Shown here: piece by piece, positions 23,661 to 36,271 of the stretch
Numbering within the stretch: the stretch's first letter is position 1
How the letters are laid out: every line of letters begins with the position of its first letter
Origin: Vicugna vicugna
Taxonomy: Eukaryota
Direction of reading: 5' to 3'
Assembly: GCA_013265495.1 (NCBI GenBank)
Contig: MU061804.1
Span: 806,001 to 870,000 of the forward strand
DNA length: 64,000 nt
Notes under the pieces: generated by a model
Seen by the model: the letters and a program-made list of their open reading frames with translations, nothing else
Databases searched by the model: none
What the model was told of the DNA's origin: nothing
Program-made: the position numbers and the translations under genes

Positions 23661-26084
23661 GCTCTTAAAAATGAGTATTATTTTCCCAAAAGGAGGCAGG
23701 AAAAGAAGAAACAACGAACATACGGATTAACAGGAAGCAGCAGCGAGATGACTGACTCAAGCCCGACCACACGTCCACGATCGCCTTCGACGCGCACGAC
23801 GTCAACAGCCCGACCAGAAGCCGGGGCCCGTCAGGCTGGGCTTGGGAGCAAGACCCAGCTACCTGCTGCTTACGAGAAGCCCGTCTTAAACATAAAGACA
23901 CACGCGGTTCAAAGGCGGAAAGCTGGAGAAGACACACGACACCGACACGGGTCCAGAGCAGCCGGAGCAGCCGTGTCAACGGCAGGCTGAGCAGCTCAGC
24001 CCGAAAACAAGCACCGGAGAAAAGGAGGCTTTCCCTAACGACAGGGACCGGTCCTTCCGGAGCTCGTGGCCCCACTAACGTCCACGCAGCTTTAAAAAGG
24101 TTTTAAATGAAGTGGTTGATTTATGCACCTTTTACAGAGCTTCAAAATACACAAAGCTGAGACTATTCTCGGTGGAAGCTGGCAAGCTGATTCTAAAATT
24201 CACGCAGAAACGCAGAAGACCTGGGACGGCCCGAACAACTCTGATGAGAGAAGAACAGAGCTGCAGGGGCGGCTGCCACCCCTGATTGCAAGACAGTGTC
24301 GAGCTGCAGCGACCAAAACGGCGTGCTCTCGGCGTGCAGACAGACCAGCGGGCCCACAGGACAGGAGAGGGCACCAGAAACAGGCCCACGCGCAGGCGGA
24401 GGCTGACTTCTGACTCAGTGAGAGTGGAGACAAGCCGCGGAGCGGGACAGGGCATTTGCAAAGCGCGTGTCTGGTGAAGAACCAGCGTCCGAAGCACTGC
24501 TGAAGCACAGGGCTAGGAGAGCAGCCCCCTGCAGAATGGGCCCAAGCCACGAGCAGATGCTCCCCTGCAGGGACAGAGCTGCTGGGGTCCAGCCCGGGCG
24601 GCGCGGCGTGGCGAGGACGGGCGGCGGCCTTGCCGGAGGCCCGGAGGCAGCCAGGTGTCCCTGCACACGGGCAGCCTCTGCTCCCATCTCACACCAGCCA
24701 GCCCCCCTTTTGGAAGGAAAATAACACAGACCCGGGCTCCCGTCCCAGACCTACTGCCCACCAGCTGCATCTGCTCAGACCCTGCCTCCCACGGCCCAGG
24801 GCCTCAGCTTTCTCGCTGAATAAGGAAGTCACTGGGCTCAAGGACCTCAGAGATCCCTTCTGGCTCCATAGCGCTTATTTCTGGAGTGTTCACGATGGCA
24901 ACTCTCTCCTGAGAGGGCCTGCCCATGACCGCATCGCAGGGAGGGTCTGAGCACCTCACTGTCCAAGGGGCCGGCTCCCCTGCCGTCTCACCGTCTACAG
25001 TGCTGGCTTCCTCTCCCCAGCCCAAGCTTCCATGGCAACACGGTAGCTCCTTTCCCCTCCCGGCCTGACCGGAGAGAAGGGCCGCTGGGCAGAGGGACTG
25101 AGACGGCCGGCTTCCCATGGGCAGCGCGGAGGGCTGGTGGTTCTGCGGGCAGAGGGACGTCAGGTGGGGTTCTCTCGTTTAGTGGATAAGAGCCCTGTGA
25201 GTGGGCGCAGGCGCCTGAAAGCAGACGGAGGTGGCAGGTCAAGGGTGGGAACTGGGATGCGGGGGCTTGGAGCTGGGATGGAGCAGGTGGGGTGCTGCCG
25301 GTGGGGTGCAGGAGAGGGTGGGGGGATGGGGGAAGCCGGGGCAGGAGCATCCAGGCTGCCGGCCCACGGGACAGTCGTGGGGGCATGAACCTTCCAGGAG
25401 GGCACGGCCTGCAAGACACCCCCGCCTCGGGTCCTGGTGAGGAGCCAGGCACGAAGACAGGGTTAGGGTTAGGTGCCCAGGCGCCCTGTCCCCTGCCCCC
25501 GGCACACAGAAACTGATACCAACTGGGGAGGGCAGAGAAAAATTGGGTTTGCTGGGCTCGCACTGCTGATGACGGCTGGCCAGCAGGACCGCGGCTACAT
25601 ACCGAAAGCACCACAGCAGCTAATTTTCCACCAGATCAAAATAAATCAGAGAACAAAACCATTCTGACAGCAGAGGAATGTGGCAATGTGTTAAGAGGTA
25701 ATTACAGCCTTTTCCTCCTTGTTTCACCCGCGTTTCTGCTGCCGCTGGTGCAGGAACTGAATCGCAGCTGTCACTCCCTGTCAAGAGGCCCGAGCAGGCT
25801 GAAGGAACCGAGCCGGGGCCGCAGAGCAGCCAGCGTCCTGGTTGCCTGGGGAGCGGCGCCTTCTGACAGAGACATCAGTCCCACGCCTGACGCCGGGCGG
25901 CCAGGGAGCCGCTTCCCTTCCCAGCCGGGGGCCTCTGTGCCAGCCAGCTCACCATCTGCGGCTCCCTGAAAGCAAACCCATCCTCTTGCTCCGGACAGGC
26001 CGCACCCCGCTCTGTGCCGGCCTTGGGATCCGACAGACCGGGCCGATCTCCAGACCCGCCAGCTCCCAGTGAGGTGGTCTAGGA

Positions 26085-26166
26085 AACATCCTGGAAATCT
26101 ACGGCCTCGGTTTCCCTTCTTGGAAAGGGGGACGTGAACGCCTACCTCGTGCAGTCGTGAGAATTA
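26085..26166 (+). mobile_element. MIR fragment abutting an L1
   Basis: ggcctcggtttcccttcttggaaaggggg...cctacctcgtgcagtcgtgagaatta resembles the MIR 3' half. Confidence 0.45.
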
Positions 26167-27005
26167 GAAACCGCGCGTGTAATCACTAATCAACAGAGAA
26201 ACGCAAATCAAAAGTGCAGCGAAGTACAACCTCACACCTGTCAGAACTGCGACCACCAAAAAAACACAAATGACAAACGCCGGCAAGGGCGTGGAGGCGA
26301 GGGAGCCCTCCTGCACGTCTTGGGGGGGGTGCAAGCTGGTGCAGCCGCTGATGCAGAAAACAGTACGGAGTTTCCTCAAAAGCTAAAAATAGAACTCCCA
26401 TATGATCCAGCAATTCCACTCCTGGGTATGTATCCAAAGAAAACAGAAACATTTATTTGGAAAGATACATGCACCCCAATGTTCACAGCAGCACTATTTA
26501 CAACAGCCAAGACATGGAAGCAACCTACATGTCCACTGACAGATGACTAGATAAAGAAGATGTGGTCTATTTATACAGTGGAATACTACTCGGCCATAAA
26601 AAAGGATGAAATAATGCCATTGGCAGCAGCATGGATGGACCCAGAGATGATCATACTAAGTGAAGTAAGTCAGGCAGAGAAAGACAAATGTCATATTTAT
26701 CACTCATATGTGGAATCTAACAAATAAAACAAATGAGTATAACAAAACAAAAACAGCTCACAGATGCAGAGAACAAACTCTAGTTACCGGCGGGGGCAGG
26801 GAAGGGGGAGGGACTACGACACAAATGACTCTGTGTCAGCAGATGAGCTGCGAGGACAAGCCACATCGTACAGCACAGGGAATTGTACCTGCTCTTTTGT
26901 AAGAACTTTAAGCGGAGCCTAACCTATAAAATGGTAAATCACTGCACCATATCCCTGGAACTAATATAATCTCACAAATCAACTGCACGTCACTGAAAAG
27001 AAAAA
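26167..27005 (+). mobile_element. 5'-truncated LINE-1 (ORF2 C-terminus, 3' UTR, A-rich tail)
   Basis: ORF 26320-26550 reads KLKIELPYDPAIPLLGMYPK...TCTPMFTAALFTTAKTWKQP, the canonical L1 ORF2 end. An in-frame stop follows, then 3' UTR motifs and an aaaagaaaaag tail. Confidence 0.92.
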
Positions 27006-30000
27006 GAGAGAGAGTCATGCACGTGACAGCCGGCACCTGGCCAGGGCCGCCGTGTTCATCCTGACTGTGACCACAGCCTTCTCAAGTCTGAAGCGAGACG
27101 TCACCCACGGCTCCTGCGGACCCTCTGACAGCAACCCGGTGAGGACGTGGGGCCTCTGGTGGCTGGGCTGTCTTGGGACCCTCTCAACGAGGCGAAGCCT
27201 CTTCCAGAGCAAGCCTCCTCCTGTTGCCTGAAGGGACGCTCGGCTTGGAAGAATCAGCAGCTACTTCACAGCTGAATGAATGAGGCAAACAGGGGCCGTT
27301 CTCATGAAACTGCTTGGGAGGGCCCCGGTGGACCCCCGGGCTCCTCAGGGCCCTGGGAGACGGCTGCTGGGTGTCAGAAGTGGGGGACGGGAGGCAGGCC
27401 TGCTGCTGTGAGGGACGGAGCAGCACGTCCTCCTCCGCACCGACCTACCCAAGCACGGGCCCGTGTGAGGCCAAGCTCCGCGTGAAACCACTGCTTGCAC
27501 TGGACAGGACCCTTGGGTCAACGGCAGTGCTGCCCAGGGCCAAGGGCAAGGCCTGCATACAGGGATGTAGGCGCTGATGCTCAGGGAAGCAGGCCCCTTG
27601 CCACATGCCCACCTCTGGCCCGACCAGACCCAGCCTATGCCGTGAATGCCCACCCAGAGCGTCCCCTGCCCAGCCACGCTGGGCACCTGACGCCCAGCCA
27701 GCTGGCGGCACCACCAGGCCTCGAACTCAGGCTGGCTCGGGGACCGAGGGTTGTGGCCTGGCGGGGGGTCGGGGGCCCCTCTGAGGGCCTCTCCCAAGGG
27801 TTTCTGTTCTATGCCAAAAGGGGACATACCAGCTCCAGAGCTGCGCCTTGGACTTCAAACTACAGGCGTTTTGTCCATTTGGGAGAGAACTCGGGAAGAG
27901 AAATGAGAGCAGAGGAAAATTTGCTTTTCACCCAAATCGGCATCAGAAGCCTGAACTGAGTTCCACGCGCCGCCTGCCTGGGCCCTTCCAGCTGGCCACC
28001 TCACAGGGTCGCAGATGACAGAGGCCAAGCAGTGTCCCGTGAGATGCCGTGTCCCCACGGGTTCTCAGGGTTCTGGGAAGCAGGCCACTTGGCACCCGGC
28101 GCCCGGCCCCACCCCTGTCATCCTCACCTCGCCTGCACCCCATGCAGCCAGGGCCTGGCCAGGGACGGCGATGACCAGCTGGACCCTGGGAGCAGTCTGA
28201 CCAGTGTGGCCTCAGGAGGGCCGGCACGGTCAGCCCTCAGCCAGAAGGACAGCGCTGACTGCCCGGCTCTGGCTGGGTGGCAGGGCAGGTCCCACAGCAC
28301 GGACGGACCACGTCCTTGAGGGAGCTTGCGGCCTCGCTGGAGAGCTCAGGCTGCTCGGTGAGTGTGCCGAGGGCTCCGGGCGTCACCGTGTCCGTAAAGC
28401 ACGGGGTCTGCACACGGGGGCTGCCCCGTCCCTGCCCGCAGAGAGCCGACCTTCACCGAGGAAGGAGGCGTTTGATTCTGCCTGATTGTGCAAGCTGGGC
28501 GGGCCAGTCTCGGGGACGGGATGATCCGACAGCAGGTGACCTCTTAACAGATGCCCTTCTCAGGAAGGGCCGCTCAGAGCTGAACTAGGCCGAAGTGGCA
28601 AGCAGGCTCTTGTCCCCTGCTGACACCCCCGCCCTCCCGGGCCCACGCCTGGAGGCCGAGCCCTCAACAGTGTCTCCCAGGCGCCCCTGCCCTCCAGCTT
28701 CCTGTCGGTCTGGTGGATGAGGAAGGAAAGAGAAGCCAGGGCCCTCTGTCCACGCCCACCTGGTGTGGTCCCCAGGCCTGGCGGTGGCCGCAGCCCTGCG
28801 AGACCAGCTGAGGCCCAAGGTCCCTCCCCCCAGCTCCAGCAACCACTGGGCTCCGGGAACACTACCTCGTCCCATTAGAAGGTGGTGACAGCCCCCCCGT
28901 CACTGGCCCTTGGGCCCCAACACCACCGCTGTCCCCTTATCCCGCTGGACACACGCCCTCCCGTGAGGCCCTTTCAGCGGAACCATCCGTGTAGAATTCC
29001 ATTTCCCACTGCGATGCCCATTCTTTACAATCGAGGAAGGTTTATAGAGAAAACAGCGCTTCTGTGGTTGGAAGTCAAGTCCTGGGCTCCACTGTGTTGT
29101 GTCCAAACCTGTCCTTGACAGACAACCACCGAATGCCCCCATGACAGCCCGTTTCCACCGCCTGCAGGGCTGCACGTGGCCCTGAATCCAGGCCCCAGGG
29201 CCGCTGACTCCTGCCCCCACCCTGGGCGGGCACCTTGCTCTCCACCAGCAGAGGGGCGCCGCTCCTTGGGCACGCGTGTGGAGAGAGAGCAGAGCTCAGG
29301 CAGGCCTGGCCCTGCTGACCTCCGTCAGCCAGCCTACGAGTCCGCGCTAACCCCTTCCTCCGCCTGGCTCCGGGACCCCACTCCCTCCCGGCCACCACGG
29401 ACTGTCCTCTGCACGTGAGGTCACTGCCCACAGCCGCCCCGTCCCCGCACAGATGAGGGCTCCTTGTCACCGTCAGTGTTTCGACCAAGTGCAAGTACTT
29501 AACCCTCTGCCCGTGACATTCCGTCCCCGCCCCCGCCAGGACAGGACAGCGGGCACAGAGCAGGGCGCCCCGAGGCCTGTGAGCCCAGAGCCGTGGTGGC
29601 CTTCACGCCCACTCGGGGAAGGAACACTGGCCGAGGGAAGGAACCAGGTGACCCGGGACAGGGAGGGCCGGCTCTCCCTCTCCCCCGCCCCTCCTGGAAC
29701 TGGCACATCCTCGGCAGATGGTGATTCTAGCCCCGTCTCCCTGGGAAACCCGCCCCAGCGCTGAGCAGCCTCCAGGCCGGTGAGGGCTGGCCGGGCTCCA
29801 GCTTGACACCAGGTGCTCCCGCCCCAGGCCCCCCCAGGCCCCCCAAGGCCGGGCGCTTACAGGAGACCTCACAGGGACCCGCATGGGAGGGTGGACGCCA
29901 CCAGCCCTGTCACTCCCTCCCGGGAGCCCCTGGCCTCCCACTGACCAGTCTGGGTCCCCACCCTGCCAACACTGCCCACGGCCCCCAGCCTGCCACCCCC

Positions 30001-30785
30001 AAACCTCCCTTTCTTAAAAAGAAACAACTGCCCGAAGCTCAGGGAGTTAACCCATGAGATCCTCTTGAACTAAAGCAGCTGGGCTGGGGCCCGGATAGTC
30101 AATCAACAAACACGGAGAGCCGGGCCTCGTGGGCTCCCGGTGCTCTTTGTTCCAGCCCCAGCAGGGACTGGCTCCTGCTGGTGACCTGGCCCCCTGGGCC
30201 CCTGCCCACTCCCGCCAGGCCCTGAGGGCTGGGCTCTCCTCAGAGGGACCAGCCGTCACCACCCCCACCCTAGTGTCTCCCTCTTTCAGAACCACCTGAG
30301 CAAATGGGGTCCACGGACAAACGGAAACAAAGTGACCTCTCGCAAAAGGCAGGCGCTGCCCAGCGGGGGCAGAGGCCCCACAAGCCGTGGCTCTGGGAGG
30401 GAATCAGAGCCCTGAAGACCCAAGTCTTGGCCACAACAGGGGAAAAAAGCCTCTGCTTTCCCCACTCTTCATTTTACGTGCAGTCTGTCCTGAGTGGAGT
30501 CAGATGTTTGGCTGGCGCTCCGAGAACAAAAGAACAGTCGGAGAAACAGGCTGGAGGCCGGCCAGACGCCAGAATTTCCCAAGAACCTCGGGGAGGGGGG
30601 CGGGCACCCTTCCCAGATGTGCCGTGGAAGGAATTCGGCCCGGCCCCTCCCTCAGTGCCCCGGGCAGAGGCATTCCAAGCCTTCCACCCGGGCGGGGAGG
30701 CAGGTCCCCTCGGAGACGAAGCAGTGGGGGAATTTATTCCTTCGCCTGGGCTCTGTCAAGCCAGAACTGCAGCCGCCAGGTTCTC

Positions 30786-30855
30786 CCTCTGAGCCTCAGT
30801 TTCTCATCTGTGAAAAGAGTGCTAAACCACTGATTCTGCGGGCTGTTGTGAGGGA
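30786..30855 (+). mobile_element. MIR core fragment
   Basis: cctctgagcctcagtttctcatctgtgaaa...gggctgttgtgagg. Confidence 0.6.
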
Positions 30856-33800
30856 CACAGGACACAGCAGGTTTTGGGGTGGCGGGTGCGGCCCCAGCGG
30901 TGCCCTGCTGTCCCCTCCCTGCTCAGTCCTGCCTGCGCCCGAACAGCCAAGGAAGCTCTAAGGGCCTGTGTCTTGCAGGCTCTCGGGCGGCGGGAAGGAG
31001 GGCGGCTCCTCCGTGTCCGCAGAGCCCAAGGCCGAGACGTTCCTGTAGGCAGCTGTGGGGCTGCAGGGGGTGTCTGATGGCGTTACTGCGTGGAGAGGAG
31101 TGGCGACCCCGACATAAATGACACAGGGCCTTTATAAGATCCACTGGGACAAGAGGACCATGAGGAAGCCAGGGGCCCACCTGCACTCCCTTTCAGTAGG
31201 AGACGGGGGCCGAGCGGAGAGGGGACGTGTCATGGGACAGAGGCCGCAGGGGAGGGTCCAGGGCTCTCATTTCAGGCTCACCCGCTGCCCCGCAGGCCTG
31301 AGCTCTGAAATCTCCAGCAGAGAAAGGGTGCTGGGGGAAGCGCAGGGAGGGTGTCGCCTGAGGGGTGCCTTGAGCAACTGCAGAAGCCGCAGGTTGGAGT
31401 CCCTGCCGAGAAGGGACACAGGAGTCCTGGCCCTTGCTGACGTCCATGTCCCCACGGGTGGCAGGGAGCTGAGCGGGGCACGGCACGGCACGGAGGCGCG
31501 TGCTGTCTCCTTGCTGGGATGCACATCGCACACCTGTGGGCTCGGGGAGGACACACGAAGAGAACCAGCCTCCGCAGGCTCTGAGCCGCCGGCCGGGGCA
31601 GAGGCCGCAGCGCCTCACCTGCAAAGGCAGGCGTCACGATTCTGTCTCGGAGGCCGGGGGATGGTGGGGGTCCCTCTGCCCACGTCCAGAAGGACCAAGG
31701 GCCTCCCAGCAGGCAGCAAGGACGCCGACCCTCAGACTCACTGCCCCCAGAATCCCTAGTGCTGTTGCTCAACCCACCAGGTCACTTGAGGGGAGGATGA
31801 GCTCAGCCTGTCAGGCAGGCGTCCTGGAGCTGATCTTTAAGGAGAAATCCAGAGGCTTAAGCAGGAGTCAAGAAAAAGGCAGCTCAGACAGCTGGAAGGG
31901 CAGAGGGGTCTGCCGAGAACAAGTGGGACGGATGTGGGTTTGGGCAGACGTCTCGGGACGGGACAGGGTGGACTCTGGCAGACGGAGAACACCTTGGTGC
32001 AGAGCAAAGCCAAAAAAGGCACGATCGGTTTTAAGAAAGTTCTTTCTTGGGGAAGCGCTGGCTGCCAAGGAATCCGTGTGTCATCCGACAGGGGGAGCCG
32101 GATTGCCAAAAGGGCTGGGTGACCTCGGGCTGCCAATCACCCTCCAAACTGCTCTGGCAGCGCAAGTTCACGTGGAGGGCGGTCGGGAACAGGAAGACGG
32201 AGGAGCACGCGGCCGCCTCCGGGCCAGCGCGTTCGGGAGGCGCCTCGCGGCTGCGAGGGTTAAGTGATTCGCCCTGGGCTGGAGCTTTTGCTGGGAGGGT
32301 CCTGTGACCCTCTGGAGCTCAGTAATGCTTCCCGCGTCCGTAAGAAGAGGGGCTGGACTGGACGCCCGCTCTGTCGGTTCTGACGCTCCGCTGGGCTATT
32401 CAGGGACCCGGATCTGCCAGGTCCATCTCCCTGGTAGCTGCAGGCTTCAAAGACAGGCCCGGGGAGCCCCAGTGCCCGAGGGCTGGTCTAGGAAACACGG
32501 AGCCTGCCTGCACCCCCGCCCCAGGGCCCAGCAGAGGCAGCCCCCAGCTCCGGGGACACCAGATGCCCACACGTCCATCCAGTCCCAGCAGGGCTGCACC
32601 CTCCCGCCCACTCCCTGTCGGAAGGAAGGCTCTGTGCCCCGTCCTCTGCTGCCCACGAGGGAGCCGCGAGGGCAGGCAGGGGTTTAAACCCAGGGTTTGG
32701 GGCTGGTCTGAGATACCCTCTCACTTCTCATCTGACCCCGGGCAGGATTCGGCCTCAAAGAGCCACCGCTGCTGGGTCTCCCTCACATCTTCGGTCGTGT
32801 CCCGTCCTCCCTGCTCCAGCCTGGACCTGTCCCTCATACGGACACCTCTGCTTGGACACCTCAACCTGACACGTCCAAACCCACACCTGAACCCGCCCCG
32901 GCTCCCGGCCCTCTCCTGCCCACTCGGGTGAGGGCTCTCTCCAGCCCTCCGGCTGCTCAGGCCCAGAAATTCGAGTCCCCCACACCCGGGGCCCAGGTGC
33001 CAGCACGTGGTTTCGGCTGAGCTTCTGAAGGACACCAACAATCCAGCAGGCCTCTCCCTCCCCCGCCATCACCCTGGTCCAAGCTGCTGACGGCTCCTCT
33101 GAGGCGCCCGTAACACCAGCGTAACAACTGGTGTAGCTACAACGCTGCCTCCCACGGACCAAGCACTCAGTAACGCTCTGTTGAGTGAGCGTAGCCCCCT
33201 ACCCGCAGGCGCCCCGAGAACACCCCAAAAGCAGAGCCACCCTCCCCCACCCCCCTGACGTCTGGTCCCCCACTTCAGACGCCCCCCTACCCCGACCTGC
33301 GATGCCTCCTCCAGCACCAGGCTGACCTGCTCTGACCTGACCAGCACGGATGCTGGCCTGCTCTGAGGTCGGCCGGCGGTGCAGGTCAGTCCCCGGCCCC
33401 GGCCCCCCGCCACATCCTCATCCTCCATCTGCACCCGCCCCGCAGGTGCCAGCCACGTGCTCCTGCAACCGCAGGCTGCAGCCGGCACTTGGATGGGTCG
33501 CCGTTCCTCTGCTTTTCCCTTGGTGGGAGGAACAGATTGGGGACTGAAAACACACCAGGTGTTTAATAGATGGGCAGTGGAAAGGGTTTCCAAGCCATGT
33601 GCCAACCCAGCAGCTGGCGGCCGCTCAGCCCCCCATCTGCACCATGGCTCTGGACTCAGAGAAAGGCCACGGAAGCGGCTGGGGCGGCAGCTGACCGTCA
33701 TGTGGCGTGGAGCCCCCTGATGAGGACAGAGGCTGCCTGTCCCCACACTGACCCCTCTCCAGTCCGAGGCCTGGGCCTGGCAGGGCTGACGCCCCACGGG

Positions 33801-35269
33801 GCACCAAGAAGACAGACAGACGGAGGAGCTGACGGACGCAAGGGTTTTGCCTCTCAGGAGGAAGGGCGTCTCTGATGCCCATGGAGCCCACAGCCGGCCC
33901 TGCAGCCCAGACCGCGTCCCACAGCCAGAAGAGCCGTCCCACAACCGCCTGGAGGGCCCATCGATGTGCACAGACCGCCTCCGAGGCCGTCCCCTCGCCG
34001 CAGTGGCGTCACAACCGGAGCTCATCCTTCCGTGCTCACCACAGGCAGGGCAGCCGCCAGGAGCGCGTCGTGAGGGTTTAACCCAGTGGTTCCCAAAGCG
34101 TGTCCCCGGGAACCCTAGAAGGAACCCTAGAACCCACGTGTCTTCGAGCTCAAAGCTGTTTTCATAATCATGTTAAGTTGTTACTTTCCCTCTTTGATGC
34201 TCTCAGAACGCGTTTTCCAGAGGCCACGTGACAACCGCGCGACACAACAACAGTGACAGCAGAGTCGGAAGCCCCCGACTGCTGTTAAGCCAGACACCAA
34301 ACACACTTCTTAAAAACGTAAAGCAATGTCACGCTTCTCACCAAGCTTTCCTTTTGTTTTGGAAAACGCTTTTTCATTAAAAAGTGTTATTTCTGTTAAT
34401 CCCTCGTGGGCTTTTTTTTACAAATAAGGTTTTAATTTCTGTAAACACTGGTAGCCATAACCCACAGACATGAAAACCCTTTGGAGTCCCTGTCCTGAGA
34501 CCAAAAGTGCTGGGAACCGCTGCATGAATGCATCCGGTTCTCAGAGCAGCCCCCCGAGCTGTGTGCGGTTACGGCCCCGTCTCGGTGAAGGGAACACTGG
34601 GAGGAAACGGTGCGGCCAGGATCACAGCACACAGGCCGTCAAAACGCCCTGGAGCCCAGGTCCCCCCGAGCCACGTCCACACGCTTGGCTGGTACGTGGC
34701 ACTGACCCTGGGACCGGCCCTGCCCTCCCAGGGCTGGACCATCCACGCTCCCCCACCAGATCGGGTCGGCCCGGCCCCACGCAGGCGGGCACGCCCAGCG
34801 CAGCAGAGCCGACCACCTCGCAGAGAGCAGGCCACCCGCTCCCCTCTGGCAGGTGCGGCTGTGGGCCAGCGCCTCTGAGGATGCCTCTCCCCTCCACACA
34901 CCGGTGTGCGACCTGGGGACACCGGCGGGAGGGGGCTTCTCTGAGTGTGACAGTGAGAACTCCCGAGAAAGCCAGAACTTGAATCTTAATGCCTTTACTT
35001 ACAACTTTCCTACCAATTAAAAAAAATAAATTGACTAATTGTTAGTGATAAAATGTTTAACAAGCACAGCACTTGCTCTCAGTTATAGATACACACCCAG
35101 AGCTGACGCAGTTCTTCACCCAGCGCCGCGGAGCAGCTCCTGAGGGTGTGTGTGTGTGTTTAGGACAAGGGTATTAGTTTGCCTTATCATGCCTTTAATT
35201 TGCTCAGAGACGTCTTAACTCCCCAAATGAAGACATGCTCCCAGCTGGTCTCGGAGGTCGTTTTAAGCC

Positions 35270-35460
35270 AAGTGGCCACAGCTCTAGCACACGTCAGAAA
35301 ACCTGGTGGGCTCGTTAGAACAGAAATGATCGGGTCCCACCTGGGGGGCTCTGGTCTGTCGTCTCGGGCACGGCCCCAGAATCTGAAGTTCTAATAGGTT
35401 CCTGTGTGATTTTCGAGGTTGCTGGTTCAAGACCACATTCTTGAGACCAGCTGCTCGAAG
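35270..35460 (+). mobile_element. MER5A-like hAT MITE
   Basis: cacgtcagaaaacctggtgggctcgttagaacaga...ggccccagaatctgaagttctaataggttcctgtgtgatt...gctggttcaagaccacattcttgagaccagctg follows the MER5A layout end to end. Confidence 0.7.
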
Positions 35461-36139
35461 CTACCTTTCCTGGCATCTCCACGGCCCCTGACGTTTTTAT
35501 TTTTCTTTCCAGATGGAAAAGAAAAAAACAAAGAAGGAAATACTGAGCTACCTGGCTTCCCGCAGGCTCAGGTGAAGCACGTGTAGGGAGGAGGCGCCCT
35601 GGTGGGTAATCACGCTCTGTCACTGGTGTCTCTCCATGACCCTCACTGAGTTGGGGGATTTAAAAGCACCCACAAGTTGATTTACATTGAATTCATGGCA
35701 TTATTTTATTAATCCAGCTCTCAAATCTACTTTTTCAAAGGGCTTTTTGTCTCTTTACCTCTACTCTGAAGACTTAAAAAGTCGTTTCAATGGAACAAAA
35801 CTAAATAGAATTTGAAAACAAAACAAAACATGGTGACTTCCTCTTAATTAGATGGCGCTTAGGCATCTGCAACAATAAGTAAGATGGAAAAAATTCAGTC
35901 TCTTAAAAACATGAACCCCGTGGAATTGAGATGGAGGAGACTAGAGTGATGGCTGGCCGTCGGGAGGAGGCAGCCTGCACCAGTGGAGATGGGCTGGGGC
36001 TGGACCCGGACCCACACGAGGCCCAGGACCACGTGGAAAAATCTCTTAATTTCTAGGGACCTCAAGTTCCAAGTACCTAAGATGAAGATGTGGTGTCTTC
36101 CTCAAAAGATGATCATGATAGAATTAAAATTATTTGCTT

Positions 36140-36271
36140 GGGGGGAGGCCATAGCTCAGTGGTAGAGCGCGTGCTTAGCGTGCACGAGGTCCTGGTCCCA
36201 TCCCCAGTACCTCCATTAAACAAACTAATCAGTTAATAAACCAATTACCTGCCCCTCCCTGCAAAAAAAAA
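36140..36271 (+). mobile_element. Camelid tRNA-derived SINE (Vic-1-like)
   Basis: A-box tagctcagtgg, gtagagcgcgtgcttagcgtgcacgaggtcc, mutated B-box ggtcccatcc, tail aataaaccaattacctgcccctccctgcaaaaaaaaa. Confidence 0.9.

Larger units (their letters stand above)
21610..24560 (+). mobile_element. Ancient L1M with 5' end, ORF1 remnant, ORF2 endonuclease start and ORF2 C-terminal segment; heavily decayed and internally deleted
   Basis: 5' end gacttctgcttccggccaagatgg. A-rich ORF1-like tract at 22800-23510. ORF2-like start at ATG 23748 with gcaagacccagctacctgctg...taaacataaagacac. KLILKF is encoded from 24184. Confidence 0.75.

Noticed and set aside
25460-25473. Telomere-like gggttagggttagg
   Set aside because: Only about two units, too short to call an interstitial telomeric repeat.
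26320-26550. ORF with real protein homology, also 19005-19214
   Set aside because: Fragments of dead LINE-1 ORF2, so they are reported as mobile elements rather than CDS.
36140-36215. tRNA-like sequence with an A-box
   Set aside because: The B-box is mutated, the acceptor stem cannot be closed and a SINE tail follows, so it is a SINE head and not a tRNA gene.
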